Assembly: GCA_038128265.1 (NCBI GenBank)
Contig: JAYPJE010000006.1
Coordinates: 60,422 to 75,274, forward strand
Length of the DNA: 14,853 nt
Origin: Gemmatimonadota bacterium
GTDB taxonomy: Bacteria; Latescibacterota; UBA2968; UBA8231
Direction of reading: 5' to 3'
Below, piece after piece: positions 7,156 to 14,853 of the stretch (position 1 is its first letter; every line of letters starts with the position of its first letter). Under the pieces are notes generated by a model. That model made no database searches. It was not told the DNA's origin and worked only from the letters and a program-made list of their open reading frames with translations. The translations under genes and the position numbers were made by a program.

Positions 7156-7184
7156 AACATAAATCGCGCGTAATACACTGTCAA
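7156..7184 (-). promoter_or_regulatory. Sigma70-type promoter for the HU/IHF gene
   Basis: The minus strand has TTGACA (7184-7179), a 17-nt spacer and TATGTT (7161-7156), with an AT-rich, UP-element-like tract upstream. Confidence 0.65.
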
Positions 7185-7293
7185 GAAAAATTTAGAGAAA
7201 TACTTTTTTTCCAAGCAGTTAGGCCTATTTTTTCGCATTTTTTAGCGCGTGCGACTACCGGCGCGTAATTTCGCATTTTATCGGCGTAATTTT

Positions 7294-8139
7294 GTGCAGA
7301 CACTCATCGCACTCATCGATCTTTCACGGCCGCTCAACGGCCTGATTACGGCGCTCTCCGTCGCCGCTGGAGCCCTGTGCACAGACGGTTCCATACCTCC
7401 GAAAGCGCTGATCGCCGCAGCGCTTTCAGCCGCGCTCGTCAACGCGGCTGGGAACGCATTCAACGATCTATTAGACGTCGATATCGATCGGGTTAATCGC
7501 CCCGAACGACCGCTGCCCTCCCAGCGCATCGCGCCGCGTACAGCCGGCATCTACGCCGCCGCGATGGCCGTTTTGGGCATTGTCATCGCCCTGTCGATCA
7601 GTCCTCTCCACGCCCTGCTAGCAGCGGCCATCAGCGCCCTCCTCATCGTCTACAGCGCTTATCTAAAGACCAGCGTGCTGTGGGGCAACGCGCTGGTCGG
7701 CCTGCTGGCCGCCGCCGCCTTCCCCTACGGTGCCCTAGTCAGCGGCGCGCTGGACCGCGCGTGGATTCCCGCCACATTTGCCCTCCTATTCCACGTGGTC
7801 CGCGAAATCGTTAAAGACGTCGAGGACATGGCCGGAGACCGCCTGCGCGGCGATCGCACGCTGCCCCTGCGCTGGGGCACGCGCACCGCTGTCGGCCTGG
7901 CCACGTCAATCTACGCCGTGCTAGTCTGCCTTACGCTAATGCCTTTCGTGCTGGATATCTACGGCCGCGTCTATCTGGCGTGCGTCGCCGCCGTAGACCT
8001 GCTCGTCTTCTACGTCGTTTATCGGCTCCAGCGCGAACCGACCCAACTCGCTCACGGCGACCTCGGCCGCCTGCTCAAAGCCGGCATGCTGATCGGCCTC
8101 ATCGCCATTGCCCTCGGCGAGTGGACGCGCCGCTTTTGA
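7294..8139 (+). CDS. UbiA-superfamily prenyltransferase, DGGGP-synthase-like (geranylgeranylglycerol-phosphate geranylgeranyltransferase family)
   Basis: LSRPLN, first Asp-rich motif NAFNDLLDVDIDRVNRPERPLPS, YSAYLK, second motif REIVKDVEDMAGD...RTLP, and many TM helices. The start is GTG 7294 or GTG 7249. Confidence 0.88.
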   Translation: MQTLIALIDLSRPLNGLITALSVAAGALCTDGSIPPKALIAAALSAALVNAAGNAFNDLLDVDIDRVNRPERPLPSQRIAPRTAGIYAAAMAVLGIVIALSISPLHALLAAAISALLIVYSAYLKTSVLWGNALVGLLAAAAFPYGALVSGALDRAWIPATFALLFHVVREIVKDVEDMAGDRLRGDRTLPLRWGTRTAVGLATSIYAVLVCLTLMPFVLDIYGRVYLACVAAVDLLVFYVVYRLQREPTQLAHGDLGRLLKAGMLIGLIAIALGEWTRRF

Positions 8140-8157
8140 GTTTTTGGGCGCTGGACC

Positions 8158-8166
8158 TGATATTAT
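8158..8166 (+). promoter_or_regulatory. Possible extended -10 promoter upstream of the dehydratase gene
   Basis: TGaTATTAT (TGn-TAnnnT), followed by an AAGGAG ribosome-binding site and the ATG at 8190. Confidence 0.3.
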
Positions 8167-8189
8167 TCTCCTAGCAAAGGAGCCGCCCC

Positions 8190-9326
8190 ATGAAAATTAC
8201 CGACGTCAAGACCTATCCCGTCTATCACGGCCATCGCAACTACACCTTTGTCAAAGTGGAAACAGACGAGGGCATCTACGGCCTCGGCGAATTCGGTATC
8301 ACCTGGAGAGAACAGGCCGGGCTAGGCGCTATAGAGCACATGAAACGCCATATCATCGGCCTCGATCCGCTCAATATAGAATGGATCTGGCAGCTGCTTT
8401 TTCGCGGCGACTTCTTTCCCGGTGGCCGCATCAATAGCGCGGCGATATCCGCCATCGACATCGCGCTATGGGACATCAAAGGCAAGGCACTCAACCAGCC
8501 CGTCTACATGCTGCTGGGTGGCCGCATGCGCGATAAGGTGGTCTGCTATAAGGGAATCGGCGGCCGCACGCCGGCCGATGCGGCTCGCTCCGCACGCCAG
8601 CGCGTCGATGAGGGCTGGCAGTATCTGCGCCTCTCCGTCATGGACCGCGACGGCATCCTCGAACCGCGGGTCGCCGTGCGCGACAGCGTTGCCCATTTCG
8701 CAGCCGTGCGCGAAGAGGTAGGACCCGATATCGAGATCGTCATCGACTACCACACGCGCCTCGATCCACCCGACGCCATTCGCCTCGGACGCGAGTTGGA
8801 GCCCTACGACCCGTTTTTTCTCGAAGATCCGCTGCGCTGCGAAAACCCGCAGAGCTATCGACAGGTGCGCCAGCACGTCGCCACGCCGCTGGCCGTTGGC
8901 GAGCACTACGCCACCAAGTGGGAATTTCGCCAGATGATCGAAGAGGAGTTGCTCGACTACGCGCGCATTGACCTGTGCATCGTCGGCGGTCTAACCGAAG
9001 CGCGCAAGGTCGCCAACTGGTGTGAAACACACTATATCAAAATCGTCCCGCACAATCCGCTAGGCCCCGTTTCGGCCGCCGCATGTCTGCACCTAGATCT
9101 GGCCTGCGACAACTTTGCCGTTCAGGAAGCCGGCCTCGTGGGCGACCCGGTCATGGAGGATCTCTTTCCCCTGCAGGTGCCCTATGAAAATGGCTACCTG
9201 CTACCGCCACAGGCGCCCGGCTTAGGCCTCGAGTTCGACGAGGAAGTGGCCCGTGCCAGCTACGGCTTTGAATGGCAGAATGGGCCGCAGCTGCGCCGCA
9301 AAGACGGCTCTTTCACGAATTGGTAG
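8190..9326 (+). CDS. Mandelate racemase/muconate lactonizing enzyme family protein (galactonate dehydratase-like acid-sugar dehydratase)
   Basis: MKITDVK, FVKVETDEGIYGLGE, SAIDIALWDIKGKALNQPVYMLLGG, metal-ligand regions IDYHTR / FLEDP / VGEH, then PHNPLGP and PGLGLEFDE. The substrate cannot be determined. Confidence 0.92.
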   Translation: MKITDVKTYPVYHGHRNYTFVKVETDEGIYGLGEFGITWREQAGLGAIEHMKRHIIGLDPLNIEWIWQLLFRGDFFPGGRINSAAISAIDIALWDIKGKALNQPVYMLLGGRMRDKVVCYKGIGGRTPADAARSARQRVDEGWQYLRLSVMDRDGILEPRVAVRDSVAHFAAVREEVGPDIEIVIDYHTRLDPPDAIRLGRELEPYDPFFLEDPLRCENPQSYRQVRQHVATPLAVGEHYATKWEFRQMIEEELLDYARIDLCIVGGLTEARKVANWCETHYIKIVPHNPLGPVSAAACLHLDLACDNFAVQEAGLVGDPVMEDLFPLQVPYENGYLLPPQAPGLGLEFDEEVARASYGFEWQNGPQLRRKDGSFTNW

Positions 9327-9367
9327 CGAGGCAATCATCTGCACACTAACAACCAGAGCTGCATTCT

Positions 9368-10693
9368 ATGTCCGATAAAAAAAACCTGATTCAACCGCGC
9401 ACTCTCAAGGGGTTCCGCGACTTTCCACCAGCCCTAGCCATGCCGCGCGAACAAATGATCGATGCAGCCAAGGGCGTTTTTCGCTCGTACGGATTTGCGC
9501 CCATCGATACGCCAGCGCTGGAGTACAGCGAAATCCTCACCGGCAAAGGCGGCGAAGAGAGCGACAAGCAGATGTATCGCTTTACCGACCACGGCGGCCG
9601 CGACGTGGCGCTGCGCTTTGATCTGACGGTGCCCTTTGCGCGCTTTGCCGCCCAGCACGCCCAGCAGCTCGGCCTGCCTTTTAAGCGTTACCACGTCGGA
9701 CCGGTCTGGCGCGGCGAAAACACGCAGCAGGGCCGCTACCGCGAGTTCTACCAGTGCGATTTTGATACGATCGGCACCGATTCAAATACCTCCGACATCG
9801 AAACGGCGTTGATCATACACGATATTCTAACGGCGCTGGGCTTCGAGCGCTTTCAAATTCACGTCAACAACCGCAACATACTCAGCGGCCTGTTGGAAAC
9901 GCTCGGCCTAAGCGAACACGCAACCGCCGTGCTCCGCGCCCTCGACAAACTCGCTAAAATTGGCGCCGACAAAGTGGCAGAAGAGATGGCTTCTGCCGGA
10001 CTATCGGGCCAACAGGCAGCACAGATCCTAAGCGCCGTGCAGCTAGAAGGGGACAACGGCGAATTGCTCCAGCAGCTCGGCCAGCAGCTCGCTGCAAGCG
10101 AACGGGCCCTACAGGGTGTCGATGACCTGAAACAGCTGGTCGATGCGTTTTCTGCGGCCGGAATCCCAGAAAGCCGCCTGCGCATAGACGTCTCCATCGC
10201 TCGGGGTCTCGACTACTACACTGGCACCGTCTACGAAACGCTGCTCGACGATCTGCCCGGCATCGGCTCGATTTGTAGCGGCGGGCGCTACGACAACCTG
10301 GCCGAGCTCTACACCAAACAGCACCTGCCCGGCGTTGGCGCATCGCTTGGACTCGACCGCCTACTGGCCGCCATGGAAGAGCTGCGTCTGCTGTCCGACG
10401 CCAGCACGCCCGCTCAGGTATTTATCGTGCAGTTCGCGCCCGACGCGCTGGGTTCGTATATCGCCCTGTCGCGCCGTCTGCGCGCGGCCGGCCTAGCCAC
10501 AGAGGTTTCTCCCGATGCCAAAGGCATGGGCAAACAGCTCAAATACGCCGATCGCAAGGGCTTTCGCTACGCCATTATTGGCGGTCCCGATGAGCTCGAG
10601 CGCGGCGCGTGGCAGGTCAAAGATCTGCGCGAGGGCAGCAGCACGGAAATAGCCGACGGCGAAATAGTGGCACACCTGAGGGCACAGCTCTAA
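9368..10693 (+). CDS. hisS: Histidine--tRNA ligase
   Basis: KGFRDF, LRFDLTVPFAR, motif 2 WRGENTQQGRYREFYQCDFD, the HisRS signature RGLDYYTG, GGRYDNL, motif 3 GLDRL, and the anticodon-binding domain KQLKYADRKG. Confidence 0.98.
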   Translation: MSDKKNLIQPRTLKGFRDFPPALAMPREQMIDAAKGVFRSYGFAPIDTPALEYSEILTGKGGEESDKQMYRFTDHGGRDVALRFDLTVPFARFAAQHAQQLGLPFKRYHVGPVWRGENTQQGRYREFYQCDFDTIGTDSNTSDIETALIIHDILTALGFERFQIHVNNRNILSGLLETLGLSEHATAVLRALDKLAKIGADKVAEEMASAGLSGQQAAQILSAVQLEGDNGELLQQLGQQLAASERALQGVDDLKQLVDAFSAAGIPESRLRIDVSIARGLDYYTGTVYETLLDDLPGIGSICSGGRYDNLAELYTKQHLPGVGASLGLDRLLAAMEELRLLSDASTPAQVFIVQFAPDALGSYIALSRRLRAAGLATEVSPDAKGMGKQLKYADRKGFRYAIIGGPDELERGAWQVKDLREGSSTEIADGEIVAHLRAQL

Positions 10694-10766
10694 GCACGGC
10701 GTGCGGCGCAGCAACGCCCGGTGACCCATTCCCCGCATCTTCGCGCCCGTGCGCAGAAAGGCACTC

Positions 10767-11534
10767 ATGGCCCTGGTCCACTGGAATTTTTACTCACATG
10801 CTCTCGGCATATCGACGGGCGCCAACGTCATCCTTCCGCAGGACGCCGTCGAAGGGGGTAGAAAGCTGCCCGTTCTCTACCTGCTACACGGGCTGAGCGA
10901 CGACTACACTATCTGGCAGCGGCGCACTTCCATCGAGCGCTACGCCGAACCCCTTGGCCTAGCCGTCGTCATGCCCGCCGTCAACCGCAGTTTCTACGCC
11001 AATATGGTGCACGGAGCGCGCTATTGGGATTTTATCAGCGAGGAGCTGCCGCGCCTAGCGCGCGCCTTTTTCCCGCTTTCTGACAAACGCGCAGACACCT
11101 TTGTCGCCGGCCTGTCCATGGGTGGCTACGGCGCGTTTAAAATGGCGCTGAGCCACCCTGGCCGCTTTGCGGCAGCGGCCAGTCTTTCGGGCGCCGTGGA
11201 TATCGTCGATCGCACGGCCAGTGCACGCAATGATCCCATAAGGCATAGGGAATTGGAAGACACATTTGGCCCATTTGAAACAATACCCGGCAGCGACAAC
11301 GATCTGATGCACCTGATCGATAAACTGGCCCCACGCAAGCGACGCCCCATGCTCTACCAGTGGTGCGGCACGGAGGATTCCCTCTTCCAACAGAATAAAG
11401 ATCTCTATAAACGAGCCAAGCAGCGCGGGGTCCACATCGACTATAGCACGGGACCGGGTGACCATACTTGGGACAAGTGGGATGAGCAAATAGCCAACGT
11501 GCTGGCTTGGTTACCGCTCAAAGGGCGCACGTGA
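10767..11534 (+). CDS. Alpha/beta-hydrolase esterase (S-formylglutathione hydrolase/tributyrin esterase-like family)
   Basis: PVLYLLHGLSDD, FISEELP, nucleophile elbow AGLSMGGYGA, CGTED (Asp) and GDHTW (His). The ATG at 10767 is preceded by GAAAGG. Confidence 0.9.
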   Translation: MALVHWNFYSHALGISTGANVILPQDAVEGGRKLPVLYLLHGLSDDYTIWQRRTSIERYAEPLGLAVVMPAVNRSFYANMVHGARYWDFISEELPRLARAFFPLSDKRADTFVAGLSMGGYGAFKMALSHPGRFAAAASLSGAVDIVDRTASARNDPIRHRELEDTFGPFETIPGSDNDLMHLIDKLAPRKRRPMLYQWCGTEDSLFQQNKDLYKRAKQRGVHIDYSTGPGDHTWDKWDEQIANVLAWLPLKGRT

Positions 11535-11597
11535 AGCACGCAGACACACACCGACTTCTATCCCACCACGCCCGCCATCCAATCGAGGAGAATCGCC

Positions 11598-12731
11598 ATG
11601 CCTACATTTGATTTTGGCAGCGGCCGCACCGACCCCCTTTCCTTTCCAACAGAAGCTTTCGCCGAAGCCGCGCGCGAAGCGGTGCTCGATATGGGCCCCG
11701 AGCTCGTGCGCTATCCCGGCGACTACGGCCGCCTCGACCTGCGCGAGCTGATGGCCGCGCGCGAGGCCAAGCGCGAGGGCGTGTCCGTCGATCCGAACCA
11801 CATCGCCCTCATGAGCGGGTCGATGCAGGCAGTGACCCTGTGCGCCGAAGCACTCATGCGCCACCCCGGCGATATTATCGTCTGCGAAGAGTTGACCTAT
11901 TCGGGCACCATTGGCGCCTACGCAGGACTGGGTGCCACGCTGGTCGGCGTGCCCGTCGATGAGCACGGCATGTGCATGGACGCGCTGGCCGAGACAATGG
12001 CAGACCTACACGCCAAGGCAACGCCACCGGCTTTTATTTACACGCTGACGACCTATCAGAATCCCACGGGCTCTATTATGCCGCTAGAGCGGCGCAAAAG
12101 GCTACTCGAGATCGCCGCACACTACGGGTGCATCGTCGTTGAGGACAACTGCTACGGCGACGTGCATTTCGAAGGCGAGGTGCCGCCTTCACTCTACGCT
12201 TTAGACGACAGCGAGCGCATTATTTATATCTGCTCTCTATCGAAAATCCTCGGCCCCGGCGTGCGCGAGGGCTACGTGCTGGCGCGACCGACCATGCTCA
12301 AACGCCTGCTGGACCGGCGCTTTGATGGCGGTCACAGCGCGCTGACGGCTGCCATTTGCGCGACGTTTTTTCGCGACCGACTCTGGCAGCACGTCGCCTA
12401 CTGCAACGACCTGCTGCGCACCAAGCGCGATGCCGTTTTTGCCGGCCTTGAGGAAAGCGTCGGCGATATCTGCTCCTGGAGCCGGCCAGCCGGTGGCATG
12501 TTCATCTGGGTGCGTTTTCCCGACGACGTCGACCGCAGCCAGCTCCAGGCTTTGGCCGATGAACGCGGCATTATCTACGCCCGCGGCAGCAATTTCCATA
12601 TTCGCCGCCAGGACATTCCCTATCTGCGGCTCGCCTTCGGCTTTGCTTCGCTGGATTCCATCCTCGAAGGCGTGCAACTACTCGGTGAATGCATCCATCA
12701 AGCACGCGTAGGCACCGCCGTCACGGCCTGA
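11598..12731 (+). CDS. PLP-dependent aminotransferase, class I/II (2-aminoadipate transaminase/MocR-AT-domain-like)
   Basis: GSMQA, YQNPTG, VEDNCYGD, PLP-lysine motif SLSKILGPGVREGY, PAGGMFIW and LRLAF. There is no N-terminal HTH. A GAGGAG ribosome-binding site lies at 11586-11591. Confidence 0.92.
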   Translation: MPTFDFGSGRTDPLSFPTEAFAEAAREAVLDMGPELVRYPGDYGRLDLRELMAAREAKREGVSVDPNHIALMSGSMQAVTLCAEALMRHPGDIIVCEELTYSGTIGAYAGLGATLVGVPVDEHGMCMDALAETMADLHAKATPPAFIYTLTTYQNPTGSIMPLERRKRLLEIAAHYGCIVVEDNCYGDVHFEGEVPPSLYALDDSERIIYICSLSKILGPGVREGYVLARPTMLKRLLDRRFDGGHSALTAAICATFFRDRLWQHVAYCNDLLRTKRDAVFAGLEESVGDICSWSRPAGGMFIWVRFPDDVDRSQLQALADERGIIYARGSNFHIRRQDIPYLRLAFGFASLDSILEGVQLLGECIHQARVGTAVTA

Positions 12732-12734
12732 ACT

Positions 12735-14645
12735 ATGCCGCAATCCAACCTGCCAAAAATCGCCTTAGTGCAGATGGACGTAAAGCCGGGCCGCCCCGAC
12801 CTCAACGTCGCCCATATGATCGAACAGCTGGCGCGCGTGCGCAGCGACGGGGGCGAAATAGCCGTCTTTTCCGAGCTCTGCATAAGCGGCTACATTCTCG
12901 GCGACCTGTGGGAAGTGAACGCCTACGTCGAGGACTTTGCCTCATACAGCGAAGATATTCGCGCGGCCAGCAGCGGCCTGACCGTAGTTTTTGGCAACGT
13001 TGCCACAGACCCACAACACATCGGACAGGACGGTAGGCCACGCAAGTACAACGCCGTCTACGTATGCTGCGACGGCGAGTACGTGCAGCGCGCAGACGTC
13101 CCCGCTGGCCTGCCACACGGCATCCATCCCAAAACGCTGCATCCCAACTATCGCTTCTTCGACGACGATCGCCATTTTTTCTCGCTGCGCCAGCTGGCCG
13201 AAGCCGAGGGGCGCTCGCCCTTCGACTGGATTCACCCCTATGCAGTCCCTCTGCGCGACGGACGCACGTTCCGCTTCGGCGTGCAGCTATGTGAAGATAT
13301 GTGGTGTCAGGACTACTGTTATAGCGGCGACGCGCTCGATACGCTGAAATTCTACAAAGAGCGTGATGCACAGGCCGTATTCAATCTATCCGCCTCGCCG
13401 TGGACGTGGCAAAAAAACGACAAACGCAACCGCGTAGTGCGTGAAATTCTATCGTCTTCACCGCTACCCTTCTTCTACGTCAACCAGGTAGGCGCGCAAA
13501 ACAACGGTAAAAATATTTTGGTATTTGATGGCGACAGCACGGGCTACGCCAGCGACGGTTCGACAACTCAGCGCACGAGCCCCTGGCAGCAAGATGTCGT
13601 CTACAGCACGGACCGTGCCGCCGCACGCCCTCAACTGGGCGAAGAAGACGCCATCTTCCATGCCATCTGCACCGGTCTGCGCCATCTCGATCACATTCGC
13701 GGTGCACAAAATAAATTTCTCGTTGCCGCCAGCGGGGGCATCGACTCCAGCGTCGTCCTCTGCCTGCTCGAACGCGCTTTTGGCGCAGAGCGCGTATGCG
13801 CAGTTAATATGCCCACCCGCTTCAACTCACAGATCACTCAAGACAATGCGCGCCACGTCTGCACTGCGCTGGGCATCGACTATCTGAGCCGTCCTATCGG
13901 CGAATTGTACGATGCCGTATCTACCACGATCCAGCAAATGGAATTTGACCATCATGCGGGCGAATACACGCAACTAGTCGACGAGAATATTCAGGCGCGC
14001 ATCCGCTTCGCAGACGTCCTATCGGGCGTCGGGGCCAAATACGGGATGCTCTTCACCAATAACGGCAACAAGACCGAAGTGGCGCTGGGCTATGCCACAC
14101 TCTACGGAGACGTGAGCGGAGCAGTCGCCCCCATTGCTGATCTCTACAAAGTTCAGGTATTTGCTCTCGCGCGCTATCTGAACGAATCCGTCTACGGAAG
14201 CGAAGTCATCCCCGACAATATTATCAACGGACAAATCGTGCCCAGCGCCGAGCTTTCTGCCGCGCAGGACGTGACCAAAGGCCTAGGCGATCCGATTAAG
14301 TATGGGTATCACGATGCGCTGCTGCGCCAGATTATCGAATACCGCTATTCGGCATGCGACTTTATACAGTGGCACTTGGACGGCGTTTTTTTCGCGCGGC
14401 TTGGATGGGATGATTGCACACAGTTCAAACACTACTTCCCCGACGCACGGTCTTGGATAGACGACCTGCAGTGGGTAGAACGCCAAGTGCGTATCAACTT
14501 TTTCAAACGCATTCAAGCGCCTCCCATCATCGTGCTCAGCAAGCGCGCTTTTGGATTTGATCTGCGCGAAACACAGCGGCCTGCATACGCACCGCGTCAG
14601 TTATCAAACCTGATAGCACAGCTATTGGAGAATACCTGGCAATAA
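12735..14645 (+). CDS. nadE: Glutamine-dependent NAD+ synthetase
   Basis: N-terminal nitrilase-fold glutaminase with the E/K/C triad regions FSELCISGY, PKTLHPNYRFFDDDRHF and QLCEDMW. The synthetase domain has SGGIDS, ENIQARIR, NGNKTEVALGYATLYGD, PSAEL and KRIQAPP. Confidence 0.97.
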   Translation: MPQSNLPKIALVQMDVKPGRPDLNVAHMIEQLARVRSDGGEIAVFSELCISGYILGDLWEVNAYVEDFASYSEDIRAASSGLTVVFGNVATDPQHIGQDGRPRKYNAVYVCCDGEYVQRADVPAGLPHGIHPKTLHPNYRFFDDDRHFFSLRQLAEAEGRSPFDWIHPYAVPLRDGRTFRFGVQLCEDMWCQDYCYSGDALDTLKFYKERDAQAVFNLSASPWTWQKNDKRNRVVREILSSSPLPFFYVNQVGAQNNGKNILVFDGDSTGYASDGSTTQRTSPWQQDVVYSTDRAAARPQLGEEDAIFHAICTGLRHLDHIRGAQNKFLVAASGGIDSSVVLCLLERAFGAERVCAVNMPTRFNSQITQDNARHVCTALGIDYLSRPIGELYDAVSTTIQQMEFDHHAGEYTQLVDENIQARIRFADVLSGVGAKYGMLFTNNGNKTEVALGYATLYGDVSGAVAPIADLYKVQVFALARYLNESVYGSEVIPDNIINGQIVPSAELSAAQDVTKGLGDPIKYGYHDALLRQIIEYRYSACDFIQWHLDGVFFARLGWDDCTQFKHYFPDARSWIDDLQWVERQVRINFFKRIQAPPIIVLSKRAFGFDLRETQRPAYAPRQLSNLIAQLLENTWQ

Positions 14646-14678
14646 AAAACGCCCGCTCATACGAGCGGGCGTTTTTTA
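14643..14678. terminator. Bidirectional rho-independent terminator
   Basis: Perfect inverted repeat TAAAAAACGCCCGCTC-atac-GAGCGGGCGTTTTTTA, with a T tract on each strand, between two convergent genes. Confidence 0.92.
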
Positions 14679-14701
14679 AATGACAATTGCTAAGTAAAAA
14701 T

Positions 14702-14853
14702 TTACTTCTTCTTAGCAGCGGCCTTCTTCTTGGCCGGTGCCTTCTTAGCAGCGGCCTTCTTCTTAGCCGGTGCCTTCTTAGCAGCGGCCTTCTTCTTAGC
14801 CGGTGCCTTCTTAGCAGCGGCCTTCTTCTTAGCCGGTGCCTTCTTAGCAGCGG
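14702..14853 (-). CDS. 3' end of a protein with a Lys/Ala/Pro-rich histone-H1-like tail; parent gene unknown (runs off the right edge)
   Basis: The minus frame reads ...AAKKAPAKKKAAAKKAPAKKKAAAKKAPAKKKAAAKKAPAKKKAAAKKK and stops at TAA (14704-14702), just before the terminator. Confidence 0.85.
   Translation of the reverse strand, partial: AAKKAPAKKKAAAKKAPAKKKAAAKKAPAKKKAAAKKAPAKKKAAAKKK
14708..14853. repeat. 33-bp coding tandem repeat, at least 4.4 copies
   Basis: The unit CTTCTTAGCAGCGGCCTTCTTCTTAGCCGGTGC starts at 14708, 14741, 14774 and 14807, with a partial copy at 14840. The first copy has one synonymous A>G difference. Confidence 0.97.

Noticed and set aside
10767..14645. Esterase, aminotransferase and nadE lie in one frame separated only by TGA codons (stop recoding or a giant polyprotein?)
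   Set aside because: TGA is not used inside any recognisable domain in the window. The aminotransferase has its own GAGGAG ribosome-binding site, each protein is full length for its family, and I see no SECIS-like hairpin. Chance is the likeliest explanation.
14708..14853. 33-bp repeats as a CRISPR array
   Set aside because: The units are contiguous with no spacers, the length is a multiple of 3, they encode a Lys/Ala peptide, and there are no cas genes.

Overview
A gene-dense, GC-rich (roughly 60%, judged by eye) bacterial chromosomal segment. I see no mobile elements, CRISPR arrays or RNA genes. From left to right: (1) a minus-strand RND efflux pair, with the AcrB/MdtB-type permease cut by the window edge and a lipoprotein membrane-fusion adaptor; (2) a divergent, translationally coupled three-gene operon encoding an unusual membrane CxxC domain + zinc finger + rhodanese fusion, a degenerate MoaB/MogA-like protein, and a SirC/CysG-N-like protein with a Cys-rich tail; (3) a minus-strand HU/IHF gene followed by a secreted M28 peptidase with CARDB-like and FlgD-Ig/T9SS-like C-terminal domains; (4) a plus-strand run of a DGGGP-synthase-like UbiA prenyltransferase, an enolase-superfamily dehydratase, hisS, an esterase, a PLP aminotransferase and glutamine-dependent nadE; (5) a bidirectional terminator, then the 3' end of a gene with a histone-H1-like (APAKKKAAAKK)n tail. 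Gene content suggests an FCB-superphylum organism such as a Latescibacterota-like lineage (inference only). The best candidate for an undescribed system is the 2459-4541 operon.
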